A stretch of 64,000 bases of DNA from Amphiscolops sp. MND2022. Taxonomy: Eukaryota. The notes beneath the pieces were generated by a model, which was given only the letters and a program-made list of their open reading frames with translations, was not told the origin of the DNA and made no database searches. The stretch spans positions 42,160,001 through 42,224,000 of the forward strand of contig OZ076409.1 of NCBI GenBank assembly GCA_964187785.1. The letters are read 5' to 3'. Positions 48,914 to 61,515 of the stretch are shown piece after piece; the stretch's first letter is position 1, and every line of letters starts with the position of its first letter. Position numbers and translations under genes: made by a program.

Positions 48914-51900
48914 ATGGATTCAAATCCTGGATCGGACTTCCTCGGAAAACGGAGGTCTCGCAAAGAACGAGCCCCCCTCAACGAGATGACTTCTGGAAAC
49001 AGTAACTTGCCACCTGAGCTTCCTTCTCGTAAGTTCAACTTGAATCATTTTAGTTTCGAGTTGTTTTAGTTTGCTTGAAATTCAAGTTTTTTGCAAGGCT
49101 GGCCAGGACTGCATGGAGAATGAAAATGGCTTGATCAATATCTGACACCAAATTCAGAATTTTCGAAACGTTTCCGTTTCTAATTTCTAAGCGACTTCAG
49201 TTCTTCGTTTCATTTCCTGTCCCCGCGTCCGGTTTCCCGAAATAATAAAACGATTTCAAAATTGCTTACAAGATTTGTTTCATTTCCTTCAAAGAAATAA
49301 GATGTTGGTTTCAATTGAACCAGATTCTGTACCAGTGACTCCAGTCAGTTCACCGGAGAAGGTAAACGCTCTTTTACAAGTGGTTACTACACGGACTTTG
49401 GAACATTCTGCTGCAGCAGAATCACCTGCACTCGTCCTCTCCAAATTGTTGAAGGGCAAAACATTGGAAGTACGTCGACATCGGTTAGAGATCCCGTTGA
49501 AAATTGTAAGGAGGTGGTTCAACAAAAGGAAACATCTAGCATAACTGCACCTAGAATTGCTCCCAAGTTAAAATCCATGGATAATCCGTTTGGTGATTTT
49601 GCCCAGGATCTCTTCGGAATTGCTGACTAAGCCTGGCCTGTACACGTTCTATCTCCGCGGTTCAGCCAATTTGTCCAACGGACAAAAAATCTTGCAGTTG
49701 GTCCGATTATTTCTCACAATCTCACACAAGATGCAACCACTGGCCAAGTGTATGACGAAGATCCCGCTGGCATTCAGGTTGCTTCAAATGCGGTTACTTT
49801 CTCTGAAGAGACACTTCCTATGTTTAGGAAAACCAGACAAGAAGTACTCATTTTATCGAATGTCCTTGGAAAAAATTCTCAGACTCTTATCAACAAACCG
49901 TTATCTCTCACTGTAGTAAACGACCTCACACCCACAACGATGGTCACAACGTCCAGTCAGGAAGATATGGGAGGTAGTATTCGTACTGAAGTTGTCCTTC
50001 AAGGAAACGATCAATGTCCCACAACGTCCCGGGGCAAACGACGCAGACTCAAATACTCTCTAACTGGGAGTATGTTTAAACGACACCCCGTTCTGAAAGT
50101 CTCTCCGACTGGTCCACTAGATAAAGACCAATCACCCTACACGTGGTGGTATCGGGTGTGCCGTGTCGAGTTGTCCCTCATGAGTCGAGGATGTTTGGAA
50201 TTCATCTATCATTATTGTTTTGACTAACACTTACTCAAGGAACATCGGGACCGAAAGAGGGTACCGTTGATGCCACATTTCCATAAGGACGAGAGGGAGT
50301 TATTAGGAGTTGCGCTCCAGGATGCCAAGAAGAAGGCGAAAGATACTTATCTCATTCTCCCACAACTTGACTGGTATCGGCCACTTGTTGGCCAAGAATC
50401 AGTTCCGGAAGTTATTGCCGCAACAAGTACTACTGAGAAGATACTATCTCAGTTCAACATCTTAGAATTTGGCTTGAGGCATGGTGGGAGTGTGTCAAGC
50501 TTAACTGGGATGTACGATGAACTGGTACGATTGACTTCAAGTGATCATCTGTCAGTGTAAAATTGGAATCAACAGCGACTTTTTGTAAGTTTCATTTCAG
50601 TGTTTAAAAACACATTTTTGTTAGTTTAGGCCACTCCATTTTCCTACCAAGATGAATTACCACCAATATTACATCTGTAACATTGATTCACGATAAACCA
50701 CTAGAGTATTAACGATCTTTCTGTTTTTAGGGTGTACTAGTCTACATGTTTCGAGAGTTGATGGATTACTGCGTCAAAGCTATATCTTCTTCTGGACATT
50801 ACTTTTTGGCAGTACAACATTCGAATACTGCAACTTTCGTTATCCTCTGCTTTTGGTCCGAAAACGTTATACACCGAATCTGCATTGGTGGGGCCCCTCG
50901 TGGAATGCTTCTCCTCCGGAAAATTCTTTCTCTTGTGGCTTCATTTCTGAGCTTATTCGAAACAGCCCCAACTTGCGTTTCTCTCATTGGTTTCGGAAAC
51001 AAACTCAAGGACTGTTTGACTTCTTCCTTGCCTGGGGTCAAAGCCCTTTCAATTGTGATTTCCTTTGGACCTGCAGAGTTTGAACGTAGTGTAGCCACCC
51101 CTACCGTCCAAATTATCCAGCATCATGACTTCAGGACCATACTGGATTTCTTATTGATGAAACTTAGGACTGCTTTGGACCGCGAATGGCTACAGAACTT
51201 GACGCAGTTACACAAGGTAGTTTATTTACCTCATTTCATCCTCGTCTAACTGTCGCTTAAGTTTCCGCTTTCCTTTAGTACGTTCTTCAATTGGAATACA
51301 CGCTTGCCGACGCCTCCAGACTCATTGCGATTTTGTCAAACAATTGGGAGCGCGTACAGGATCATTTGAACTAAGTTGCAAGACTACCCGCGTATCGCTT
51401 CCATATGAGAGAGGTAACTATCTCTATCTTTCTTTTCCCGTAGTTAGTTTTCATCCTCTCATTACTAAATTCTTTTCAGCCAAATACCCTTGATGAACGC
51501 TTTCGTCTGGACACGCCTTATTTATCCAGACTTTTCATCAACCGATGTGTCCTTGACCACTGTTAGTTGTTTTGCCTTCATAAATGTCATAAGTAACTCT
51601 TTCAACTATTTTGAACACGTGTAAATACATCTTCTTGTAGGTAAATTTCTCGATAGATCAGAAGTCTCTAACTTGGATTTCTTTGTTTTCAATAATTTCT
51701 TTGACGTGTCCTCTGGGTGGTTAATAGGGCGTCTATCGTCTATGTTAGGTTGTTTTTTCTTTCCTGGCCTCTATGAATGTATATTACTATTTGTCATTGC
51801 AATACTTCGAATCTCTTAGTAACAAACTCATTTCCGCACAATACCGTATAACCATCTTCCCTCAAAACGCATAGTGACGCATAAGTCATCCTGCGTATTT

Positions 51901-53307
51901 CCATAATGGGATACTGTCCACCCTGCTTGTTCCGCATAGTGACGTATAGTCGTCACACCTCGAACCTCATAGTGACGTATAGTCATCACACCTCGATCCG
52001 CATAGTGATGTATAGTCGTCACACCTCGAACCGCATAGTGACGTATAGTCATCACCCCTCGATCCGTATAGTGCCGCATAATTCTCATATTGAATTGATG
52101 AAATCCGCTGTGTGCTTGCTTGAATTCCGCATTATGGCGTGGAATGTGGGTTTGCTCGCGTTTTCTTTCGCGATTAACATTAATTATTCGTTATTCGCTG
52201 GGTTCACTTTTGATGTTGTTCTTGATGTGTTTTATCTTACGGTTTTCAATTTAGACAATTCAGCCTTCTCCGAGACTTGAAGACGACTTGATGGAGGGTT
52301 CCGTCTATTTAACCAGTTTGCAGTTTTTACCAACTGCAAAACATCTTGCCAGACCACATCCTGGGGAGCATTTCGGAATGGGGCACCTTTTTAAGTCTTG
52401 ATCTGGATTCAGCTAGCATGCCATTAAAGGCTGCTGACGATTTGAACCCCAATGAAGACTTTCAACAATTAGTATTAGCGAGTAAGTTGCCCCGACTGAG
52501 CAAATTTATCGAGCAGTATATCAATTTCTGGAAGTCATTTTGTAAGCAGTTGATGAATCAGGATATCGTCAAGTCCGATTTACTTAGGTGCTTATCCGCT
52601 TTTGACTCCCCTGTGATTCTCGAGAGTCCTGAAGATGTTTACACTGTTGCGATTGAACAACTATCCTCACATTTCGTCTCAGTTGGGATTTTTTCTTCTA
52701 ATGACAAAGTGAGGATGGTAAGTCAATACCAATCGTTATTTGTATCGAAAGTACGAACGGAAACCGTCCCTGAATATGATGACTGGATACTATTTATAGC
52801 CACCCACTACGAAATTCAGTGTGGACCGAAAAGACAGCGGCTGTTCAAGCATTCGTGCGCCTGTAGTGAATGTGCCTCCATCATTCGAAGTACCCGTTCC
52901 GAATCTCAAATCTGAAAAATGCTTGTTTCAGTCGTGTATAGTTAGACTCCAGATCTCCTATCAGACAGTGCCGCACGTTTCGAGTTTGTTTCGGGACCCG
53001 AAGGTTATCAGCCGTGTCTTCCGTCTGTTGGGACGAGGAGATGAGTTACTTTCCGATCAGAAGTATTATTTTGGATTTTTTTGAAAGGAAGTAATTCCAG
53101 CGGGTAGCATTGCAAGGGAAATTGCAAACGAGGTACCGTAAAGCGGTCTTAGGACTCGAGTATACGACCAGTAGTGGAAACAGCCCCCCATCGCCAGACC
53201 CTACTTTAGGTCGTCTTAAAATTGCTCTGAATTGATGCTCAGGCACCGATCAAGAAGTTGGATCGAAGAAAACCAGCTCTAAGTCTTCGAAGGGCAAGAA
53301 AAACTAA
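48914..53307 (+). pseudogene. Multi-exon gene remnant with a BED-finger-like motif and hAT-transposase-like layout, convergent with gypsy pol
   Basis: ATG at 48914 and donor at 49029; WWYRVCRVELSLMSRG..E...HY motif; GT-AG introns at 50585-50629, 51217-51278 and 51414-51479, the last two in phase (LTQLHK|YVLQLEY, FHMRE|PNTLDE); stop at 53305-53307; several stops and frameshifts. Confidence 0.6.
51932..52063. repeat. 4 x 33-bp minisatellite, each unit with a GTGACG/CGTCAC inverted repeat
   Basis: Units ccgcatagtgacgtatagtcgtcacacctcgaa start at 51932, 51965, 51998 and 52031. Confidence 0.9.
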
Positions 53308-53498
53308 TTGTTGTTTTTGTTTGCAAACTGTGTATATATGTTTCGTTTGATTTGATGGTGTTTATTTCACCTAGTCACCATAATTTTATCTGGGTATGCT
53401 ACAGTCATTTCGTAAAAAATAAAGAGGAGACTTCGTTGCACGTTATAGTGCGGGTTTAGAGTGACAATGATGAAGAAAATTTCTTCTGTAATTGTTTT

Positions 53499-56400
53499 CT
53501 AAGTATCTGTATGAGTAGTTTGGTTTGGGATTAGGTCGTAGGTTTTTTTTCACCACGAGTATTTATTGGTTTTTTTACAATGGGGTATTTTGGGATTTTT
53601 CTGGGGTTTTTTGAATATCATCATCTGGTGAATTACTTGTGTCATTTTGGTTTTTTTTTGTGTATGATGATCATCTTCACTGATTTGTTGTGGATTTTCG
53701 TTTGCATGATTTTCAACTGGTTCAGTGGGTCGTTCCACTGGGCTCCCCCCACTATTTCTTGAAGATCATGGGGAGGATGTTTGGTTATTTTCGGGTATTT
53801 GAATTGGGATACATTCGGTGTCCTCAGTATATTGTGAATACTCTGAAGCACCGCATCAAACGGGTTAGAACCAAAGTTCGTGTTCCATGATTAGGCATAT
53901 AGATCATCATTTGTTATAGGCAGTTGGTCATCTTTTTGCCGATCAATTTCTCGAACAAAAAGGTCTGCTAATGGAGCTTGCAGAGCGAGTTTCCGCAGAC
54001 GAATCCTGTGTAGTAGTTGCGTTTTATTTGTTCCAAGTCTTCTGACGATATATATATTGTTAGGGAGCACTTTATGTACTTTATACGGTCCCCACCATCT
54101 GAATTCTCGGAATGGTATATTTTTGCTTGCGTATCAGCCTTCGGGTTAGGAATATAACAATATACCGTTGTTTCGAGTGGATATGCTTTTGCTTTTCTAT
54201 CATAATATGCTTTGTACCTGAGGTAAGATTGCATGATATTCTTCTTTGCTTGGTCTAGAAGAATTTTCATTCTTTTCTGAGTTTCTTCAGCTATATCAGT
54301 TTGCTGTTGCTATCTTGGGTTAGGATTACATCCAAGTTTATAGTCTAGGATTTTGTGTGGTATCCTACCATGAAAGACTCGTGAAGGTTCGCAACCAAGT
54401 GATGCAAGGTATCTGGTGTTGTGACTAAGGACTGCCAATGGGAGATATTATTTCAAGTTGTTCCCAAATTCGCCTGTTGCGGCTTTTAGGTGTGTTTTGA
54501 CTGAGGCATGAGTTCTTTCAAGGAGTCCTTTTGTTTGGGCTATTTGTTGCATGTTTGAGCTCAACTCCAAGTACCGCTGCAGTTTCTTGAGTTACTTGAG
54601 CGTTGAATTGAGTTCGTAAGTCTGTTATTGTTGTCGGAAGACAGGAGTGTTTACATAGTATATCCATGATGACTCTTAATACTGCTGTTGCAGTGATGCG
54701 AGTTACATGATATGCAAACAAGTATCTCGAGAAGACATCTATTGCGGTGATGATATCGTCGTAACCTCCACTAGGGGGAAGGTTTGGTAAAATATCCATC
54801 TGTAGAATGTCTTCTAGACAAAGATCCTAGTCGGGACAGTTAAGAGTTCTGTCCTGAGGAGATCGTTGTAATAAGTTTTGTTTGGATACAGATTTGACAG
54901 TTACTGACCCTTTTTTGATGTGTATTAGCTATACATGGGTAGTAATATTTTTGTCCCGCTTCTTGTATCATCTTCGTGATTGCTGGATGGTTTGAATTAT
55001 GACCATGCAGGGCCTGAAAAAATTCATCTAGAAGATAGATCGGTGGAGAATATGGTAGTGAGAGATGGTTCCAGTGTCCGTATAAACTTTTCGGGTGAGA
55101 ACTTCCTCTTTACTTTCTATTCTAGTGATGTTTTGTAAGTAGTGTTGGTATCGGTGATGGGATGCCAATTCATTTTCATCAAAAAGATGACCTTCGATTT
55201 TGGCTCGCAGATTTCTGAGTACTATATCGCTATTTTGTTCAAGTCAAATCCTTGCATTATCTTTGAAGTATCCTGATGAAAGTGAGATCAGCCCTGATGA
55301 AATCGATATGGGTTTGTGAAATGGTTGTAGTTCAGAGATAGCTTTCTCTAGGTCGTTCTGGGTTTCAGTTTTGGCTTGATTTCGTACATTTTGTTTTTCT
55401 TCTTAAAGTTGATTTTCATCGAATTCATCGTCGGGGAGAACATAGATTTGTTCTTCTTCAACAATGCCGGATGATTGAATACTCACTTCGATTGCTTTTG
55501 TGTGATTATCATTGCGAATAGTCAATTCGAGTTTTTCAGTTGGATCAACTTCTGTTCTAGATAAGAAATCGGCTGCGGTGTTCATCGATCGATCGAAATT
55601 GTATTGTAAGACATAATTGCAAGCATTCCAAAGTGCTGGGGAAATCTTTTTTTCCGATGTTTGGGAAGGTGCTTCCCCATATGAGGTGTTCAAATTCAAC
55701 ATATGCAAATTTTAAGTAAAGAAATTCTTTCGCATAAATCGACATTTTCGTCTGTGTAGGTTTGAACGTTTTTTAGCCAAACGCTATGGGTGCATATGTC
55801 TTGCGTTTGGATTGTACCTTTTGATTCGGGTCATCTTCGATTATGATTGCATATCCTGCTGCTCTGAAGTTTGCATCAGACATTACTATGAGTTGCTTGT
55901 TTTTCAGTGGTGGCTTCAATGCTAATTGGCAAAAAATTTCGAGGAGTTTGTTGAGGTTTGTGGAATCTCCTACTAATATTGTTGGTACATAGAATTTGGA
56001 AGTCTCTTTGAGGAGTTTGAAGAACGGAGAGAGACGTTCTGAAAGGCGTGGTATGTAGTTTAGGTAATAGTTTAAGAATCCAAAATACCTCTCTAACGAC
56101 TTTTTTGATTTGGGAAAACAAAGTTTTGAGAGGAAGGCTTTCATTTTGTCTGCTTGAAGGGCAAGTCCATCTGTTGTGAGTGTACGTTCCAAGAAGTCGA
56201 CTTGTTTTTTTCCGAAATGACACTTTGGCATTGAGAGTTTTAGTCCCGCATTGCGTATGCAATCGAAGGTGGTTCTGATATTTAGACCCTATTGTTTTGT
56301 GGCGTTGGCTGCGATGTCAATGTCATCGACATATTGGGCACATTGGTCTGCTTTAATTGCTTTGACCAGGTACTCTCTCATGAAGCTTGAGAATGCGGAA

Positions 56401-57050
56401 AGTGTTTGCTGAGACCCTGGGCAAGTCGGTGGTAAGCAAATATTCTGCTGGCAAAACTGAATGCGAGCATTTGAATGGATTGATAATCAGCCATTTGGAT
56501 GCAGTGGTAAGCCTGCGAGCAATCCAATTTGCAGAAAAGCTTTCTTCCTGCCATGTGTTGGGCTGCATCCGATAAGGTGCTTACCGGATGGTTGTTATTG
56601 ATATAATCTTCAGTAAAAAGATTGTTGATTTTCCCGAGATCGAAAAGAAGCCTAACACGCCCATTGGGTTTGCGTTGAGCAAAAATTGGGCTGGCGTATT
56701 CGGAAAAGGTAGAGTAGTGATAATACCATACTTGTGTAGGAGTGCAAGTTCTACTGTGATATCATCTTCGAGGTTGATCGGTGTTGCAAACTTTGTCTGT
56801 ATGCAGGTCAGTCATCATTGGGTGTGAGATTTACTTTGAATTCACGGTTTATGCCAATATCAAAACGATGTCTAGCAAAAATGTCGTGAAATTCAATGAG
56901 GATTTTTTCGATTTCCTGTGGTTCATCTGGGCTGAGTGTTGTATCAGACCAGTCGAAGATTGAGAGGAAGATTTTCCGGGATGATTCATTGTCGTATGGG
57001 TCGAGTTTATCAAGTCTTTTCAGTTCAATGAGTTCGTTATAGATACCGTA
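53499..57050 (-). mobile_element. Ty3/gypsy pol pseudogene (RT, RNase H, integrase); gag and protease deleted
   Basis: FHDIFARHRFDIG, QCAQYVDDI, KCHFGKKQVDFL, SDANFRAAGY, NTAADFLSR, MDILPNLPPSGGY...IDVFSRYLFAY, C-terminal RPNPKPNYSYRY*; RT-RH-IN order. Confidence 0.93.
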
Positions 57051-57338
57051 ACGGCTGCTTGCCCTTATCCTGCGCTGAGGCTTGACAAACTTTACGCCGC
57101 CCTGATCCGTTGCTTAGTACTGTGGACCGTTACTAAACAAATTCTGGTTTTCTTGTTTTAAAGGACTGTATCTTGTGGCTGGTGGGTCCGATGTGCCCCG
57201 TGGAACCTCCTACGATCCCTCTTTACACTAGTTGGGATCCGATGTGATCCGTAAAACACTTCCCTCACTGTATCTTCAGCGCTCCGGCTCTCCAAGTTTG
57301 AGAGTAGCTACTTAGTCGCTCTAACTCTGGCGAAAAAA

Positions 57339-57654
57339 TGTGAAGATTGAGAAGGTAATTAATTAGTCTCTTGGTCCTAAGACTCAACTTGACTATAGCT
57401 ACTCAGTCATGAAAATTTCTATCTAATAATGGTATAAATGTCGTTGACAATTCTTCAGTGAATATAAGCAAAGATAAGTAAGTTTATTATAAAAGACATA
57501 TAATGCATAATATGAAGTTATTGGCTAAGTAAACAAACTATGTGGTGGTTTTGGCATGTTGGTTAGGTGAGTTAGAAAGTATGTTTACACAATGTAAACT
57601 ATCATTAATTTAAACAGAGTTACATTTCCTTCGGGGCGATATGAGAAAATCACA
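57339..57654 (-). repeat. Probable 5' LTR (or LTR remnant) of the gypsy element
   Basis: TGTG...CACA on the - strand followed by a short leader joined to pol. No partner copy found in the window. Confidence 0.45.
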
Positions 57655-57659
57655 TAATA

Positions 57660-57962
57660 ATTAATACATCAAAATTGGGTAATTCATTGGGTCCGACCAT
57701 TGTCACTTTGGGTGTTAATTGCTCGGAACCCATGAGGGACACGGTGTTCGGTGTTTCGAGTGAAAAGGGTCAGGGTTTCAGGGTCATTGGACAAGTCCTT
57801 CTCAAAAAGAGGGGTGGTGTTATTTTACACGAGGCTATTTTTGCTAAAAGTTGTGATGTTCAGACCAGAATCTTGATAAAGTTTCCAAGAGTTTTGAGTT
57901 CTAAGTTTCATCAGTCACGTTCAAATTTGAGTTTCTGATCTTGCAATTGACTGGCGCCAACA
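57660..57962 (-). repeat. 3' LTR of the BEL/Pao element (probably truncated)
   Basis: Starts TGTTGGCGCC directly after the purine-rich agggcaggcaa at the ...RAGNV end of pol, the usual BEL arrangement. Confidence 0.7.
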
Positions 57963-60900
57963 TTGCCTGCCCTGTTTTTCTCCCGAAAAACAATTTCGTA
58001 AAATATGGGTACCAGTTTCACTACTGGTCTTTTGAGTTTTCCATCTTCAGTTTTCACCAGCGCTGATCTCACTCGCCCATCGCTTCCACGATAGACTTCT
58101 AACGCTCTCCTCATCTTCTAGTGTGCTCTTTTCACAATTTCATCCACTATCCAGACCAAATCATTGACTTCGAATCGTCTAACTTCTTCTTTATTCCTTT
58201 TAGATCTCTCTTTCCATTGCGGTAAATAATCCCTATTCCATCTGCTCCAAATCATACCTGCATAAGATTCTGATATTCTGAATACTCATCTCAGGTCTGT
58301 ATAACGCTGAGTGTCAGGAATGAATGGGGTCGCTGGACTCGCACGTCCTAGCAGAAGGTGGTTTGGAGTCAAGGCTCCCAAATCTTCAGGATCATCACGG
58401 ACACTAGTCAGAGGTCTCGAATTCAAAATCTGCTCGAATAGACACATTGTTGTGGATAATATATCATCTGTCAGTGTTCTGTTTCCCACTATTGCCATCA
58501 TAGCTTTCTTGCAGCTTCTGACCATTCGCTCCCAAACACCTCCACAATGCGGCGCACCTGGGGGTTGAACTTCCTTTTTATTTGCTTTTGAGCCAAAGAC
58601 TGCTCAATATATGGTTGATTTCAAGCTTCTATCCATTCTTGCATCTCTCTTGCTACACACTCGAATTTTGTTCCATTATCACTTAGAACGATTTTCGGTT
58701 TTCCTTTTCGAGCGATGAACTTCGTTATAGCAGCAAGACATGCGTCGGCTTCGAGCCTGGGCATGACTTCAATATGCACAGCTCTTGTTGTCAAACATGT
58801 GAATAGACAACACCAGCGTTTCATTGATTTCCTTATGAACCTCACTTCGAATGATCCAAAATACTCTAATCCAGTGTTGGCAAAAAGGAAAACTCTTTCC
58901 TCCAATCTTTCTTTAGGTAGGTCTGCCATGAAAGGTTGCACTCCTCTAAACTTGTTGCTTTCTGCACTTAACACACTTAAACTTCACATTTCTGAGCGTG
59001 TTCCGGAGGGCAATTATCCTATAATTTTGCTGCAAAATACTGCGAACATACTCTGTTCCTTCGTGATAGTTATTTTCATGCGCATCTTCAATCATTATTC
59101 TCACTATTGGATGCTTAGCAGATAACAAAATTAAATGTTTCATATCATAACTCGCATCCGCATGACGTAGTTGTCCTTTTAATCGCATTACGTTCGGATC
59201 GTTCATAAATGGTGACAGTTTGTTCAAGTGATCAGATGCTGCCATGGGTTTACCCTCGGCCAATGCTTGATAAGTTTGACCGAAGCTTTCCATCTGGCTT
59301 TTCCTCAGTAACATTCGGATCACTTGTTACAATTCTTTTGTTTTTACCACTTTTCCTTTGATTTTTGATTTAAACCGAAGGCGAGGATCCGGGTCATTCG
59401 TTTGAACGAGCAGAACTCCTCCCAATCAATGTCCTTTTCTTCTGACACGACTTCAAAGACCTGTTCTATGTCTTCTGTTTTTTGCTGAAACAACTGTGGT
59501 GAGGTTTGTGGCCAAGCGTCTTCTTTTTCTTGAAGCCATGCCGGTCCTGTGAACCACACACTCTTTTCTACTTCAAGAACAGTTTTTCCTCTCCACTGAT
59601 CAATGGTTGAACTGTCAAGGATTTCAACGACTCTGTTCGCTACAAACACCGGTTGTTTCTTATCAGCTCCATTCAACCATTGCAAACCAGTTGTCAAATC
59701 AGTCCAAAAAAAATTCGTTCAATTTCAATGTCGTGTTCGTCTACGATCAGTTGTTTCAATCGGGTTCTATACATAGCTGCTTGTAGCTCTAGTCGAGGCA
59801 AGCTCTCCAGTTTGTTGATCTCGAGAGTAGGCAACTATGCACATGGCGTCCAGGGATGCATCGGCGAAAATATGCAAGTCCAATACTTCAGACTTTTTCG
59901 ATGAATACTTTCTTTTGAAAGCCATTTCATTCATGTGATTCAACTCCGATGTCCAATCCTTGAATGATATCTCGTCTTCTGGAGATAACTTTTCGTCCCA
60001 CGTTTGCCCATGTTTCTTCCAAATTCCTTTGAGCAACAATCTCATCCTGACTGTGAAGGGGGAAAACAGACCCAACGGGTCAAACACAGAGGATACATGA
60101 GAACAATTCTCTGAGTGACCTTGGCAGGCACCTCTTTTCCCGTACCGCGGCGAATCTCAACACTGTCTGACTCCACATTCCACTGAAGTCCTACGATAGA
60201 GCGTTCCAAGGGTTCAGCTTCGAATGTTCTGATTAGCGCGACTGATCTATCTTCCGGAGATTTTTCTTCCATCACTTTCTCAGAATTGCAAATCCATTTC
60301 GTTAATTGAAAACCACGATCCGCTAAGGACTTTCGCAAGCTCCTGTACACATCAACGGGTTCTTCCTCTGAAGCTACTGACATCACAAAAACGTCCAAAT
60401 AGAATTTTCTGTTGATTACCTTTGCAACCATCCTGTTTTCATCTCTGCAGTCTCTTCCGACTTGTTGCAAAGCATAGTTAACACGTGTTGGCGAATTCTT
60501 AGCTCCAAAAATGTGTCTACCATGTTCATACAAAGAGATAGGTTCAGTGATGTTTTCTCTCCACAAAAACTTGAGTACTTTACAGTCTGCAGTTGGTACT
60601 TCCACTTGACGAAACATCGCTTCAACATCTGCTGTCAAGGCGATTTTTTTCCCTTCATCTGAAGATAATTCCTATGAGCGATTGTAGTAGGTTTGGACCG
60701 GCCATCAATTATCATTACGTGAAACACCTCCGAACTTTGAGGCAGAGTTGCATACTCGTCTCACTTTGTCCAGCTTGTTTGGGTTTAGCACTGGAAGATG
60801 TGTAACGTACCACTGAAGATCTAATTTAGTGTTTTCAAGCTCTGCTTCATCCAGAATTCTCACGAACCCCTTTTGTACGTCCACATCATTAGTCTCTTTG

Positions 60901-61515
60901 TAGCGTTGTTTCAAGTTCTCATCCTTTTCCAATCGGTGCTCGAGAGACTTCAATTGACTTTTTGCTGAACTGTAGTTGTTTGGCTAATGCGGCTTTGCAT
61001 TAATCGAAAGTAGCCCAAACTCATACCTCTCTCCATCGATTTTTGTGGTTGCCTTGAGCATTTCGAGTTCCCTGTGATGTTCCTTGGACCTTCCGGATAC
61101 GCTACAGTTGGCTTCGCATACAATTCCATGTTCCACCAAGACTTCACTTGATCCGCTAACGGACCCATTTGTGCAGCAACCAAGCTTTCGGTTGCAAGAT
61201 TTGCTGTGTCATGTTGGGGCAAGGGTCTACTGAGCATCCATCCCAGTTTCATTCCCACTGCCCAGGGCGTTGCGTTTCCGCATTTTCTATCTTCCGTTGC
61301 TCTATGCAAGTGATAACAATCTTGCTCCAAAATCACTCTTACATCTCCCAAATTGATGGTAGAATCTTTCAAAACTGACAGATGAGGATGTTTCCTTCAA
61401 TTTCTTGAGGTTGTACGTTCGATTTCCCGCATTTACATTGGGATGACTATAGGACAAGATGGTTTCGTCGACTTTTCCGCATTGGTCACCAATCTTGACT
61501 CGAAGTTGTTTACTA
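57963..61515 (-). mobile_element. BEL/Pao pol pseudogene (RT, RNase H/Pao peptidase region, integrase)
   Basis: NPNKLDKVRRVCNSAS, TADVEAMFRQV, FGAKNSP, YLDVF, FDPLGLFSPF, LHIFADAS, TGLEYFGSF, RWCCLFTCLTTRAVHIE, SDNGTKF, DGRVRSALVKT...KRPVVKL. Confidence 0.93.

Noticed and set aside
51932-52063. 33-bp palindromic repeats as a CRISPR array
   Set aside because: Units are contiguous with no unique spacers, there are no cas genes, and the context is eukaryotic.
57885-57914. Minus-strand CTGATGA...GAAAC in the BEL LTR as a hammerhead
   Set aside because: The intervening sequence cannot form stem II.
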